Assembly: GCA_038496445.1 (NCBI GenBank)
Contig: JALMLS010000196.1
Span: 62,001 to 126,000, forward strand
Origin: Trichosphaerium sp. ATCC 40318
Taxonomy: Eukaryota > Protista > Tubulinea
DNA: 64,000 nt
Direction: 5' to 3'
Shown one piece after another: positions 37,825 through 53,861 of this stretch (position 1 is the first letter of the stretch; each line of letters opens with the position of its first letter). The position numbers and the translations under genes are program-made. Under the pieces are notes generated by a model. It had not been told where the DNA came from, searched no databases, and was given only the letters and a program-made list of their open reading frames with translations.

Positions 37825-40800
37825 TTAAGCACTAATGATTGTTTTTAGTGGTTTATCACTGTTAACGAAAGCCCCTCTGCTTATTTTTTCGAGTTTTCGT
37901 TTTAAGTCAACATTACGTTGTTTTAACTCAGCATTGCTGTTTTTTAAGTTTTGAACGCTCTTCTTCAAAGCGACTACTTCTTGTTGTAAATCTTCACTGT
38001 GAACTGAAGGTTGAGTTCCATTCGCTGTCAAGATCACAGATCTTGTTGTCTTGCTTTTTTCTAATTCCTCTTTGGATTTTGTCATGTAATACATTCGAGG
38101 AACAATCAATGACAATATTGAGATAAAAGGGCCAAAAACAAGACATAAAGATCGAAGAATAAACGCCACCTCGCGATTACTTGATGAAAACATCTATAAA
38201 TAGTATGAGCACGTGACGGATATATATATAGATATGGATATACGCACTTGAATAATGATGATAATGAGAATGAAGAAAGTAAGGTTATAAACAGCGAATC
38301 CGATTACTCTTGATAAAAAAGGTTTAAACAAAAAACTTCTAAAAAAATCTTCAACGGAAAAAACAACGCACCTTGATTCGTTGTAGAGAACTGCTTTAAG
38401 TTTCCATATTTTATATATCCAGTAAAGTCCATATAAGAGAACACCCGCATTAAATGCCATGAGGACGGAGAAAAAAATTGTATCTGTTGTTGAGTTTGCG
38501 CAAGTAAAATAATCATCAGAACGAATAAACGCTTCTTCTTCCACAATCTCAGCACGGCCTCTACTTACTATTGTCCATATGGTAAGTATTACAACTTCTG
38601 TAGCTATAATTGCAGCGACAATTGGAATGATCATCATATTCGTGACTTTGAAAACCTTCAATGATTTAACAAGGAATATTTGACCAATTCTGTAAATCCT
38701 TGCAAACATTGCGCCGTATGTCAACTACAATCAGTTAACATCATGCTCTTTTTGCTCTCGCAAACTATGAACTTACACCAAATCCGATAGGCAGAAGCCA
38801 TCTTGTAAGATTACAATGAAGGTCGTCCGTGTGAAGAGTCCAGAAAAATACAGAAGTATACATCAAAATAGTACCAATCTAATCACTCTTTAGGGATTTT
38901 TTTCAGAAAAAAAACAGGAACCCGTACCAGTGTAAGAACAACAAACAATGGCTGGGAAGCGCGTATGACTGTGTGATCACGATAAATCAACACCCATACC
39001 ATAATGCCAAGAGTGATGAGAATTACACAAGCTACAACACTTATAATAACAAGCTCACTTGTATACTCTAGAGGAAGTTTATCAGTATAACTCCAAGGAA
39101 GTGAGCTAATTTTAGACGTACTGTACCAACCGTATGTGGTTTCTCGTTCATCCCATTTAGGCGCTGGATATACGAACTGATCAGTGACAGCGAATAGAGG
39201 AGCTATTATCTGGTATTCGATATTCTCATCAATCTGATGTGTTAACCCTGCTCTTCCAATATTTTGACCGAACTGATCAAACTCACACTCTCCACAAAAC
39301 CCTGTTATATCGATAGAATTGATTACTTCTTGAACTTTGTCAACATCAAATGTACTAGAAACAAAGTGTTGGTACAAGGTGTAATTTACAGAAAAAAAAA
39401 CTAAAGGTAAGTTGATTTGACACGTGCTTTGCTGTCTCAAAAGCGTATTGTATGATGTATCCTGCGCTGTAACCAGCCATGCCTATAAACTCATGATTAA
39501 CCAAAGAAGCAACGTAAAGAGGGTTGTACCATTGATGTTCGGTTCAATACCATATTTAGCCTTGTACTGATTGTTGAACATTAACGCTGAAGTCTCAGTT
39601 CCGTTGGTAATGAAATGATGATACCGAACTCTTTCGTCATATTCTTCATAACGCTCAGAGCGTACCCTCTTATCCCACTGAAAAAATTAGTACACTGAGG
39701 CAGATGAAGTTTAAGTTCATACATTTGAACCTCCAACCATGACGTATCGAGAGTCTTCTCCTGCCTGTTCAACCAGACATGGTATTGAGAGAACGTAAGC
39801 CTAGTTCATATACATAAGTACAACCGTATTATAGTAAAGACGGAGAATAAAGGAAGAATAACATACCTTGGCATTGTAATTCATTCTCTTTGCTGTCTGC
39901 ATGAAAGCAACACAAGAAAAGAAAGTTCCACCCAAAACAACGTCTGTTATGAATGTGAGCGATACAATCTATCGCCTATCGCAGAAAAGTTGTGGGTGAA
40001 GTGACATACCAGGTTTCTTCTCTTTGAGGACTGTGATTAGTTTATCAATATCTGGTTGTACTATTGTTGCATTCGAAGAAAAAGCAATACTTGTGTTGTA
40101 CACAAGCTGCATCCCCAAAAACTCAACACTTCTTAGAGCACCCTCGGAAATAGCCCTGGTGAAAGCAGTATCTACCAAAGCGTGATTAAAGAAATAATCA
40201 TAGTCGCAACAACAAGTGTTATTACCTTCCCAAAAAATAGCTATTGTTTTAGCATTGTTTGAAACAGCGAGTAAGTTCAATGCTTCAATCATGAACCTTG
40301 TGTTTGGCTGTAATACGCTAGTAACATATTTTAATCTTCTCCCGAAAGGTAGAGCGCATGGAGGGCTTAGATTTTCGTCACAAATGTAATTACTCGGAGT
40401 TGAAGCGCTAGCTAAAACAAGTGTTAGTGAAAATAGTCAAAAGAGTAACATGTGCCAGAATAGAAGAATATATTACAGTGTTACGTCTCATATGGGACTG
40501 TAATGGTTTAAAAAATTTGTTGACTTTGACTTTTTTTTTCAATGTCTAGCACTGAGGCGCATCTAGCCGCATTGCGTACGTAAAATAGAATTTACTTTTA
40601 ACTCGTTTGCAACGATTGCTGCAGGGACTCCCAAGTGTGTCGTTAGTGGCTATTGAGAAAGGTTAAGTTTAGACACTAAAAAGCAGTGTAAAAGAACATT
40701 AGATTTACAGAACACGTGATAGCACGTCGAGCAAGAACCATACCAACAAAAGGAAATCGACATTTTCATTCATTATTAGATGTGTTGTAGCATTAGCCGT

Positions 40801-41365
40801 CGAGGCACTATCACCCCCTATGCAAAGAGCAATATGTTATTTTCGAGACATACATATGATGACGGAGTTTTACAACTGGACTATCACGTCTAAAAATGTG
40901 CTGTTTTAACCTATACTCAAGGGCCCATACCTGTTTCTAATTCAATAATTTCTACATTGTAATTGGTTCCGTTCACTTGTATACCTCCTCGAGCGTTTAC
41001 CTGCGCGTAAGCAATTAATAATTGATCGATTTTGAGACAAGTACTAAACAGCGTTTTTCTCACTACAACATCTATATAGCACGGAACATCCTCCCTATAA
41101 GAACTAGAGTGCTATAGTCACATTCTAGAGACTGATAGCCCAATTTGTCGATGATGTGGTGAGAAAAGCACAGCTGTAACATCTGGATTTTGAACCGGCT
41201 AGGTACCGTTTCTTTCCACATTTGATAAGAGTTCCTCGCCAGAGTTTGAAAGATGACCGTGGAGCCTTCAGTAGGGTACACATGTCCGATGCGAATAACG
41301 TTTTGAGCAACAGAAGGTGCTACAATACATAATATTACCAAGCCAATAATCACAGAGAAGCGCAT
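37825..41365 (-). CDS. Class C (GABA-B/glutamate-like) GPCR with periplasmic-binding/Venus-flytrap ectodomain, multi-exon
   Basis: Signal peptide MRFSVIIGLVILCIVAPSVAQ, VNARGGI, GFCGECEFDQFGQN, YPAPKW. 7TM motifs RDHTVIRASQPLF, WLLPIGF, YGAMFARIYRI..IF, YNESR.IGFAVYN and PR. C-terminal coiled coil. Confidence 0.92.
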
Positions 41366-42179
41366 GCTGTACATGTGTGTCGTAATTTGAAATAAATTAC
41401 GAGTTAAGGAGCACAATTTTCAATCAAAATCTACGCGAATATGTGAACACAGCGACCCTTTCGAAGTAGAGGTCACAGAATCCGGTAAGGAAATTGTTTT
41501 AGTTTGATTTTTTGTTTTGGTAGAAGTGAATAATATTCGAAAAAGACTAAATTTAATAAGCACTTTATTGTAGGTAAATGCACGTGTTCGCCCATGACAG
41601 TTTTGCTGTTCAAATTTTTTTTGCGAGCACCAGACAAAACTAGAAATGAATTATGCTACGCACGTGGGGCCTGCTGTAACCTGAACTAGTTTTTGGGAGC
41701 TGCTCAAACAGGGTGAATGATCAACTCCGATCACAGGAAATTTCGTGGTGAAGACGTATCGTTGACTTTGCGTACAGCCTTTTTTTATCCTTATACAAAC
41801 TTGTTTTGGTTTAGACACGTGGTAGCTTCACACGCATACACCGCTAGCAGCACGTCTGTTTAGGCATTTTTAACGGTTTTTGGAAGTAACACGCGCCAGC
41901 ATTCTCTGCCACGGGTACTTAGTAATTGGCACTTGTCAGGCTTATGTTTCCTTGGCAACATCTTTTGGGCTAAATGTTGATTTATAACTGGCGTACCTCA
42001 TGAACGAGCGTTGGCACTACGAATGCTCGTTTAAAAAATAACTGGGAGGACTGTCTTGGTATTGTCTGTTCGAACTTGACCAATTTTTCCAAGTCCGCTT
42101 GTCAAACTGAAAATGTGCCTTAATCCAAAAGCTGTACAGTCAGCAATCGTATTTTCGCACTCAACAGAGAAGCGTTAAC

Positions 42180-42967
42180 ATGTCAAGTAACAAGTCAGAG
42201 CGAGAAAAGGTACTTGTAGAGAGAAAAGACAACAAAAGCGCTTTCAGCGTCGTTTCGTAGTTAAACCAGTCTGATGTCGCATACAAACCGTTTTGACATA
42301 ATTTTATAGATGCTTGCGAGCGAATTGTATGATGCCGGCGACCTGGAATTAGTACAAGGCCGTAAACGAGCCAAACAGCTCGTACTCAAGATGAATACTT
42401 CTGGCGAGTCGCAGGTTAGCAACCCTGACAACAAAGAAGAATCTCTTCTGAGTCAACTTGTTGGTGCAGCTGGCAAAGGCTGTTGCATCGAACCTCCTTT
42501 TTATTGCGACTATGGATCCAACATTACACTAGGCAAGATCCAGCACCTCCACTGAAGTCGCCGTTGTCCAACTAATCCTTTTATTAGGTAACAATGTTTT
42601 TATGAACTTTGATTGTGTCGTACTCGATTGTGCTCGAGTTGATATTGGTAGCTACTGCCAAATTGCTCCTAAAGTCCAGATATACACAGCCACACATCCA
42701 CTAGATCCTGCTTTACGTAAGAGCGGGCAAGAGTTTGCAAAACCTGTAAAGATTGGAGAGAATGTTTGGATAGGTGGAGGTAACAAAGCTACAAATTGTT
42801 TTGTCATGGATTATAAAAAAAACCAACTTCATTTAGGAGCTATCATTTTGCCTGGAGTGACTGTAGGTGATAATTCAGTAATTGGTGCTGGTTCAGTGGT
42901 AACAAAGGATGTACCTAATAATGTAGTCGTTGTCGGCAACCCAGCCAAAGTAGTAAAAAAAATATAA
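42180..42967 (+). CDS. maa: Maltose/galactoside O-acetyltransferase family (hexapeptide LbH), 3 introns
   Basis: EREK|[57 protein letters not shown] and [20 protein letters not shown]. Confidence 0.92.
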
Positions 42968-43003
42968 CAATAAAAGTATGCAATGATTTATATAAACAAG
43001 AAG

Positions 43004-43723
43004 CTAATAATCGCTATAGTATCCAGAATCATATCCAGAGTCATAATTCCCACTTGCGTTGGAGTCGTATCCGGATTCATAACCAGAGCTACTGTCCGAA
43101 GAAAATGAACTAAAGCTATCGCTTGAATCGTCACTGTCTGATGAGTCTGACTACGTTTGGCATTAGAAAAACGCCATTGATGGGCTTTGTAAAGTAATAC
43201 GTACCACGTCGCCACCTTGAGCACGTCTGTTAGCCTTTGCTATTGTGGACTGAACATGATTATTTATCAACTTACTTACGTCACGACCAAAAAGATGAAA
43301 GTCTATAGTATGAGTAGATTGAGAACGTTGCTGAGTAGTGATTCTGGTTTTGATTTCTACAAAAGTGTATATTCGTACCATACGGGCGTGTAGGGCGCAT
43401 TTGACGCCTTCCTCTCGTGTTTCTACGCCGTTGATTTTGCTGTCTATGTGGTGCTACGCGTTTCATGACATGGTTTTTGATGCTCTCTCTGAACAAATGC
43501 GAGAGATCTTTAATCTTAGACTGAAAGTTCTTTCTCTTGCGGCTCATTAGTTTTCGGTTTAATAAAATTAATCTCTCCCATTTCAATCAGCAGACCACTT
43601 TAAGGTAAGGTGCAATCAGAATTTGTCCCTCACTTAACCCAACAACTAAACACCCTTCCTAAAGTTAACTGGCAGCTCTTCTAGGCCGTTTACGTTCACA
43701 GTATTTACAGAATCACATATGGT
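43004..43723 (-). other. Possible small hypothetical gene with S/D/G/Y-rich C-terminal tail
   Basis: The last exon reads SDSSDSDDSSDSFSSFSSDSSSGYESGYDSNASGNYDSGYDSGYYSDY* after an intron-like segment. Upstream exon structure not resolved. Confidence 0.35.
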
Positions 43724-43820
43724 TGAGATTAAAGGTTATAGCCGTGACCTTTTTTCGTATTCTGTTTATTTTTTTCTTTTTTGCATAAAATTGTTTCATT
43801 TTTCTCCAACACTTCGGCAT

Positions 43821-44664
43821 CTAGTCTACTTCTGATAACTTTGATGCTTGAGGAACTTCTTTGGGTTTTTGTGTGATATGCTTACCTGGAAAATGACTCT
43901 TAATACAGTGTGTTCCTCTTCTTGTTCTTATTGTGTACCATACGATTCTGCGATTTCTTTACGATCTTCAGCTGACAAGAATTGTGGAGGCAATTGATAA
44001 CATATTCGCGGAGGTCTTAACCACAACTTGAGGCGATAAGCATCAACACCATTTAAATAATATCTAGTTACAACGGTAAGAAAAAAATGAGTCATTTTGA
44101 TTTTGAACATGTCAAAAGATTGACACATTGCGTGGTCGTTATACCTTAGTAATCGCTTGTCGCGCAAAAATCCAAGACCCTCGTATAGGCGCAGTGCAGC
44201 AGTGTTTGTTATTTCTGTTTCTAGAACGACTTCCTCACAACCTTCTTCTTTCATGCTTATTATGGCTCTTTCTACAAGATGCTGACCTTTAAACAAGACG
44301 TAAATTAATAGAGCTGTTTGCCTTTGTGAATTGGACGTACCCATCTTTCTACGCCTGTAGTCGTCATGTACAGCAAGCATTGCAATATAACCTCTGTATG
44401 CCTTTGCTTTGTGAATATCAAGCTTACAAACAATGGCTCCCACCACTTTGTCACCATCCAACGCCTGAACCATTAATTAAATACATTATTGTAAGCGAAT
44501 CGCACCATCCACGTTAGTTTTGGCCAATTGTTTATAAAATACCTATACGTGTATATACAGTACGGTTCTGAGAGGTTTGCTTCCATCAATTTCATAATGG
44601 GCTGCATTTGCGCCTCACTTGTAAATTGTTCATACGTCAACTCTCCCTTTCCTGGTTCTGCCAT
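43821..44664 (-). CDS. NAA30: N-alpha-acetyltransferase 30 (NatC catalytic subunit)
   Basis: [75 protein letters not shown]. The probable last exon ends LSEVD*. Confidence 0.95.
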
Positions 44665-44785
44665 TTCGCACTACGGAGAGTCTGTAATTGTCTTGATCTG
44701 GTTTTTTTGCGTCGACCAACGTTTACTTTGCTTTAAAACTTGTGCTTTTTTTGTTTATGTGCCACCACTAGCGTTGAAGTTTTAA

Positions 44786-47700
44786 ATGGCAAATCTTACG
44801 CGAGTGACCTCTACAGGAGCAGGCTTGACTCATAAAAAGAAAGACAAGACGTCAACCAGCTCCAAATCGGCTGTATTCAGCATTGAAATACGTAACTTGC
44901 GCCTAGAGGCGGTGCAGGGTGGTATTGGCTCTGTAAATATCACTTTTAAAGTCTCTGAAGAGCGATGTGAACCAGTACACTTGAATGTGGCTAGTGGGTG
45001 CGCAAAGGGTGGAACAGATGACAAATGTTGCTTCAAGCCTACTTTTAAAGCCAAAGGCGACTCTTGGCACTCACGGGAGTTGACTATTATTTTACGAGCA
45101 GACGGAAAGGTTCGTCATCGTACGTTTCGCGTCTTAGTCGTTAAAAAAGATGTTAGGAAAAGCGTTTAGCCAAAAAGACGGTAGAATTGAATAAATACGT
45201 AAAACAGCACAAAGAGAAGTCTGTGTTCGTGATGTGTGAGGTATTATCCAAAAAAGAAGGGACAAAGGTAAATAATAAACAAATAAAAAACACGCAGCTA
45301 ACAAAGTTTGAAGCTGCATTTCAAAATGCACGTGCAAAAGGATATTGAGCGCCCTGACAGCATACAGCGCATTGGCACTTCGTACGAAGACTCACACAAA
45401 ACTTGCTTTATTTGTCATAACTTTTTTAGACACTCTCTATCTGGGGCACGGTTTAAACTAAATCTATCGAGTCCTGGTTTCACCGATGTACCGAATTATT
45501 CTGGTGAAAGTTTACAAAGCGCGTAAGTGTGATGCGTGCATCAGTCGCATGTTTTTTATTTTTTTTATTTCACCAAATGGGCGGTTTAAATCTTCTATTA
45601 CAAATAAATCAGCAATAAAATTACCTCATACGTGTGTAGGAAGAGCCCACGTTCGCTCAAGACGCTAAAGAAGCGATCAAAACGAGCTGAGAGTGCAGGT
45701 GGCAAGACTGCTAGGGAAATTGAGCGACCAAAAGTGCATGTACAAGTACCTAAACGAAAATCATCGGATTGGACGAGTGGTGCTGTGGATACTGATTTAA
45801 CAATATTCTTACCTTAACCATAGCGCTTCCAGTTGACGATTATTCAAGAGGATCTAAAGCAAGCAACAAGTTCATGGCTGACTATTTGGCACCGTTAGTA
45901 TTTTATTTTACCTTGCTCTGTGGCGTAACTATGCACGTAGATCTTCTGAGAGGATTGGGAATGCTAGTAGCACTAGAGCTCCTTTAAGCTCGGATGCAAC
46001 TGGTAGTGAACGTCTTACACACGGTTACTCTAAGCTTAGAGTAAGTGCTGGCGCTGGATCGTTGCGCAATGAAGTGCGCAAAGGTAAAGTAGGTTGGTCT
46101 ACTTCAAAAAGTGCTTCAGGTAATCAAACTGGCTTTTTCTTTTATTTTTGTGATTAAGTGTATTTAGGTTTCAACGAACTCAACAAAGCTGAAGGAGGCG
46201 TCTCGTTTGGTAAAGAAACTAAAGGTGGATCAATGGACAACACAAAAGAAAAGAGTGATACCCAAGCTGAACGTGCAGCGAAGCTTGCAAAGAAACGTGG
46301 TGCACATCGTCGTGCAAAGAGCGAAGATCCTCGGGCAAAGTGCGGATTCCTCACAGAGTTCTTTTTTTTTTTTTTGACTGATGTAGGCGCAAAACAACTG
46401 CGGCGTCATTTCAGTGCTTTGATATCGCTGGTTCTCGAGGTGCTGAGCGTGGTTTAGTAAAATCAAGTGATATGGTGGCCAAGGAACTTAGAGAAGAGGA
46501 TGAACAATATTTAGTGGTATGTTTGGTTTTATCTTTGTTTTCAACTAAAAAATTTCGTTGCAGGAGCAATTGATTGAACGTGGGAATTTTCAATTTACTG
46601 ACTCTGGTATATCTATGCTTTCATACATCATTTTTCGGTGTATGAGGCATTGGAAATGCTTTGAAGCAAACCCTGGGTTCCTTGACAGTCTGTTAGTTTC
46701 ACTTCCAAAAGTAATTGAGGTATGTCTGAGTTGCGTTTATTTTTTTTGTGCTTATTATGTTCTAGATTTCAAAGGATAGGAGACCTCTTGTTTGTTATTG
46801 GCTAGCAACGTGCCATGATCTCTTACATTTTGTAATTCAAGAGAGTGAGCAAACAAACTGCACCAATGATGACTTGCAACAATTTATCATGGATTTGAAG
46901 GATGTAGTTGCACAAGCATACAGGAATCTGATAAGATTAATGAAACAGGTAACAAATACCAATGCGATTGATTGATTTTTTTTTAAATATCAGCGCTTAC
47001 AAGTTACTTGTGACGCTGTAAATCTATTCCTCTCGTTTTGTTTTAGTCGAAACTGATTTTATTACTAACGCCGTGCAGGAAGTTAAAACGATAATTGTGC
47101 CTGCGATTCTGCATGCACCATCTCCTTTGGATGAACCGTACGCGTTTGGTCTCTATGCTGAGTCTTATAGTTTTTTAATTAGAAAGGAACAGTCTATTAA
47201 TGTACTGCAATTACTTACTAGTATGGTTGATCAACTGAAAGCAAATCACATTGCACATGAAGTGTCAAATCAGTTTTATGTAGACACTTTCCGTTATTTG
47301 AATGTACGTGCAATCTGTTCATTTATGAAATCATTTTGCGACCAGTCAAAAAGGAATCTGTTCTGACATTTATCTACAGGCCACTCTTTTGAACGCATTT
47401 CTTGGGAAAGAGAATGATGTTTGTAAGTGCTCTGTTGGTCTTACTGTAAAAATGCAACTTGGATCTCTCGATGATTGGACTGCTTCGCATATGGAGCAAG
47501 ACACAGCAACAGATTGTATCCAACAGGTACAGAAATGGTGATTTTTATTGTCTAATTTTTTCAATAGTTGGACATGGTGAAGCAAGGCGTTAACGTTTTG
47601 AGTGTAAATAAAGAGCAACTCGCTGATGAGGCACTTCGTAAGGACATATGTCCTGGACTTTCAATACAACAACTCTGCCTTATTTTACGAAATGTACAAC

Positions 47701-47998
47701 CAGATCAGTACGGTTTTACATTTTTTGGTTTTTGTACTTGTTTACTAATTGCTTTCTTCACAGATTTGACCCTGAGCCAAACACTGATAAAGTATTATCT
47801 CTTTTGGACGAAGGAAATGCAACTGGGGATTCTTTTTACCTACCAGAAGAGGATCAAGACGATCTTTATGTGGATTTTACAGAAGAAGATCCTATTGAAT
47901 ATGGCACTATAGAGTGCCCTCCTAGTGTTTATGAAACACGTGTGCGATTCAGTTTTCTACGCGACAAGATATCTGTAGACTCTAGCACGCCATGGTGA
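44786..47998 (+). CDS. Dilute (DIL)-domain protein with N-terminal C2-like region, multi-exon
   Basis: C-terminal CYWLATC, NQFYVDTFRYLN|ATLLNAFL..CKCSVGLTVKMQLGSLDDW, VKQGVNVL...ICPGLSIQQLCLILRNVQPD fit the DIL consensus. N-terminal beta-rich region. Confidence 0.8.
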
Positions 47999-48127
47999 GT
48001 ATTCTCACCAATGTACAGTATCGCATTATTTGCGTATGTAAATACAGCAGCAACTACGCATTTGCTTACTTTTGAAGCAGTTTTTTTGGTACAAATTACT
48101 TTTTTTATTTAATTTGAGGTTAAAGTA

Positions 48128-49229
48128 TTAGATTTTCCCCTTCTTTTTCTGGTCGTTTATTATCTGTTCCTTGGCTTGTCCAGTGATTTCTATAACACCA
48201 GGCATATTCTTTAGTTTTGCTGTGCCGTATCTAGATGGTTGTTAGTTCACTAGTACCGCATGATGACTCTTACTTTAAGTGTTTTCCGAAAAATGCCATC
48301 AAATCTCTACTCTCAGTCTGGGTATGATAATTAGGACATCAAAGGTTTACTTAATTTCGTACCGCATCGCAAATCATTGAATGTCCTTTATTGTATTGTT
48401 TCCATGTAATTGCGTGAGTCTTGATTTTAGAATTGACACATTTCATAAGAAAATCAAACTAGATAACAAATAAGAGATGATTACTTTTCCTACTTATTTC
48501 TTATGGTGAACGTACACTTCGTTTGGCGGTTGCTAAAGGTATGGCTTTATCACGTGTACCATGTGTCACTAGAATAGGTGGTAAAGATGTAGTAGTCACC
48601 GCGTCAGTTGCTGCGAGTGTAAATTCTGGTAGTATGCTGCTAGATACACATATACATCCACCAAATTGTTGTTCTTGCCAATGTAACACAGTGTCAAGTG
48701 CAACTTGCGCTCCCTTTTATTATAACGTGAGTCTCTAACTTAGAAAGGAGTGGTAAGGAACACATACCTGTGAGAAACCAAGGAAGAACATGTCTGAGAA
48801 AGCAAAGTTGTACTTGTCACGTAATACCTCCACCACTTGTTTTATTGGCCCACGCAATGCCTCGAGTGCTTTTCGGCGTTCAATAGAAAATGGAATTGCT
48901 GTACGTTTATGTAAGGTGATAGAACGTTACGCAACTTACGTGCGTTCTCCTTGGGGTGTAAATGATGGCAACCAACAGAATCCAATGTCTAAAATTGGCC
49001 GTGGAGCTTGTAGTGCTATCCAAGAAGTGTTTGGCAATTTCATTGACTCGCCAAGCTTAGCGTAGGGCTACAGGGCATTAAGGAGGGATTTTAACTGTTA
49101 ATTTTGATGTACCTTTGGCGTGTCACCTACACCATGTAGTAAAATGAGTAAATTCATGCTGTTAGGTGCAATATGGCCAATAAAGTTGTTAAAAGGGCTT
49201 GGGAAGTCACTTTGCTTAAAGCTAGTCAT
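48128..49229 (-). CDS. Phospholipase/carboxylesterase-family alpha/beta hydrolase
   Basis: LLILLHGVGDT, ALQAP, FLGFSQG nucleophile elbow, ILVTHGTRD (Asp) and KGHSM (His). Confidence 0.9.
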
Positions 49230-49339
49230 TTTAGAACTGTCAGTGTAGTTCTATTCGCTGTGGAGTGATGCTGGTTGTAGCCGTTGTTTTTGAAAGTCAA
49301 AACTGAGTCTTTTTCACTGCGTGTTGCTTGTAGCTTGCT

Positions 49340-51095
49340 ATGGCGAAGACCTTCGTTGGCTTTCGCCAAGTTAGACACAGAAAACAAACAAAGAGCCCAA
49401 AATTAAGTAGAATACAGCAGTTTGACGCTATCGCCGATCAGTACGCGCGCTTCACGCCCTTGACCACTAAAGTGCATTTAGTTTAAACATAAAGGTTCTT
49501 GATGATTTTTACAACGTGACATGGCTTAATTTGGTCGATGCAGGAGCAGGAGCGCTATTGAGACAGTAAGTAACTGATACGAATAGCTTCTAGGTAGTTA
49601 AAAAGTAACAAGCACATAGATTCCGTAATTCTACGTTCAGAGCGCTTAGTATATTGTACCCAGAACATGAGTGGAAACCATGGAAATTTACGTAAGTGAC
49701 ACTTGAAAAAAATTGATTGACATTTATTTCGTTTATAGACACGCTCCACATAATCACTGGGAGTCCGTAGAGCATCAAGTTTCGTTTATTAATGATTATG
49801 CAAAACGTTACAATATTAAGACTTGTGATGGCTTTTACACTGTCAGTTGGACTGACATAAATGAAAATGGAGGAGCTTCAGTGATACATAAGTACGTGTA
49901 GCTTTTTCTTTTGACACATTAGTAAAAATAAGGTTTATTTAATTTTGTTGCTAGATATAATTTTTCAATGTTGAGTATGTTGCGTGCGTTGTGCCCACAC
50001 TATGACTGGCAAGCTTGGAAATTCGCGTATGTATATTAGACGTTTCTAAGACCTGAGCTAAGTACAAATCAGGTCATCACGAATGTCACATTGGGGAGAG
50101 CGGTCTCGTCAACACTCCAAATTAAATGCAGTTGCTGCGTCTCTTGGTGTGAAAACTTTAGAAGATTGGTTCCTAGTTACAAAGGAAGACGTAATCGCAT
50201 TAGGCGGTAGAGTAGTATTACAAGTGTACGTGCATTTATTCGTTACATTGCGTAATTTCTTAAGGCATTCTGGCTCGTTAGAAGCCACATTGACAGCTCT
50301 TTTCCCAAAGTTTGAGTGGAAGCTTGGTAGATTTGCGTACGTGACTATGACATGGTTGTAATGGCTCATCTATACACTAGTCGCAAACGACTACCATACG
50401 CCACGGTTGTAAAACGTAGTGTTTTTGATAGAGTAGCAAACTCTTTAGGCATCACAACCCTCTCTGACTGGTATAACGTTCCCACAGATGCTGTATATAG
50501 CTCGGAGCTTAGAGGAATTATGAACACGTAAGCTTAGGAATGGATATTACAATATACTGACAGCGTTTTATCCAGATACAAGTCTCTTTCTAAAGCCCTT
50601 ATAGCTGTGTATCCGGAGCACAACTGGCACCGCTGGCACTTTTGGTAAAAAGCTACAAAGCAGTTAGTATAATACTAACTAGTTTTTTGCTATAAAGGCG
50701 TCAGCATAGAGAAGCTTTACCAATCGGGTATTGGCACGAACGTAAGAATCAGTTTGAGTTCTTGCGAAATATAGAAGCAACATACAGCGTCACTAAGGCG
50801 ACATGGTACTGCAGTTTACCTTTTGTTGTTGAACAACCGCTCACTACTATATCAAGGCCTAGTGTCTCCATCCAACAGATTTGCAAGTTGGGCGGACACG
50901 GTATTCTGTCTTACTACCCTCATATACTATCACAGTACTATCCGGAGGTCCCTTGGCGTTGGCAGGAGTTTTCCTCCGTCACAAAGAGATCAAACCAAAG
51001 GTAAACTAAACTACTCTAGTTTAATTGAACAAAAAACCTAAATTTCATACAGACACCTTACATCACGTGCCAAAGGGCTCTTTGCTGGAGCATAA
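49340..51095 (+). CDS. Trp-rich ~75-aa tandem-repeat protein (5 repeats) lacking the nuclease domain (paralogue 2)
   Basis: Repeats such as HAPHNHWESVEHQVSFINDYAKRYNIKTCDGFYTV...GGASVIHKYNFSMLSMLRALCPHYDWQAWKF. Ends KRSNQR|HLTSRAKGLFAGA*, where paralogues 1 and 3 continue into the nuclease. Confidence 0.75.
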
Positions 51096-51514
51096 AACGT
51101 CCTTAACTGCAATTATTGCCAAGGAAACCTTTCTGACTCCCAAAAAGTCACACATCGATGTCTATCGTTTGTAGGCTGCGCAATGCAGATCCTAGTTTGT
51201 ACTGTGCGGAGGACATATTTGTTCCGTAACGAAGGTGGTCTAACAATAGCGACAACAATCGCGATGAAAGCACACACCCCATAAAAAACCTGCCAGCAAC
51301 TTGTCAGAGCGTTGTATGCGAATCCGGAATACCAGAGGACATTTAATACACAAATCAGAGCCTATTAAAATGCACGCAAATTGGCACATTCGCACCGCCC
51401 ACGTGCAGCCAGTACAGAAAAATTGTAGCTGTACGAAAATTAATAAAAGTCAGTGCTTTTTTTTTTTCTTCTCTTTGTGATTTTTTTTAAGGAGTTCAAA
51501 CCAAAGCAGCACCT

Positions 51515-53861
<2,347 letters not shown>

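Noticed and set aside
43821-43840. NAA30 C-terminus LSEVD as an Hsp70/90-type EEVD TPR ligand
   Set aside because: Imperfect motif that depends on an unverified last exon; too weak to claim.
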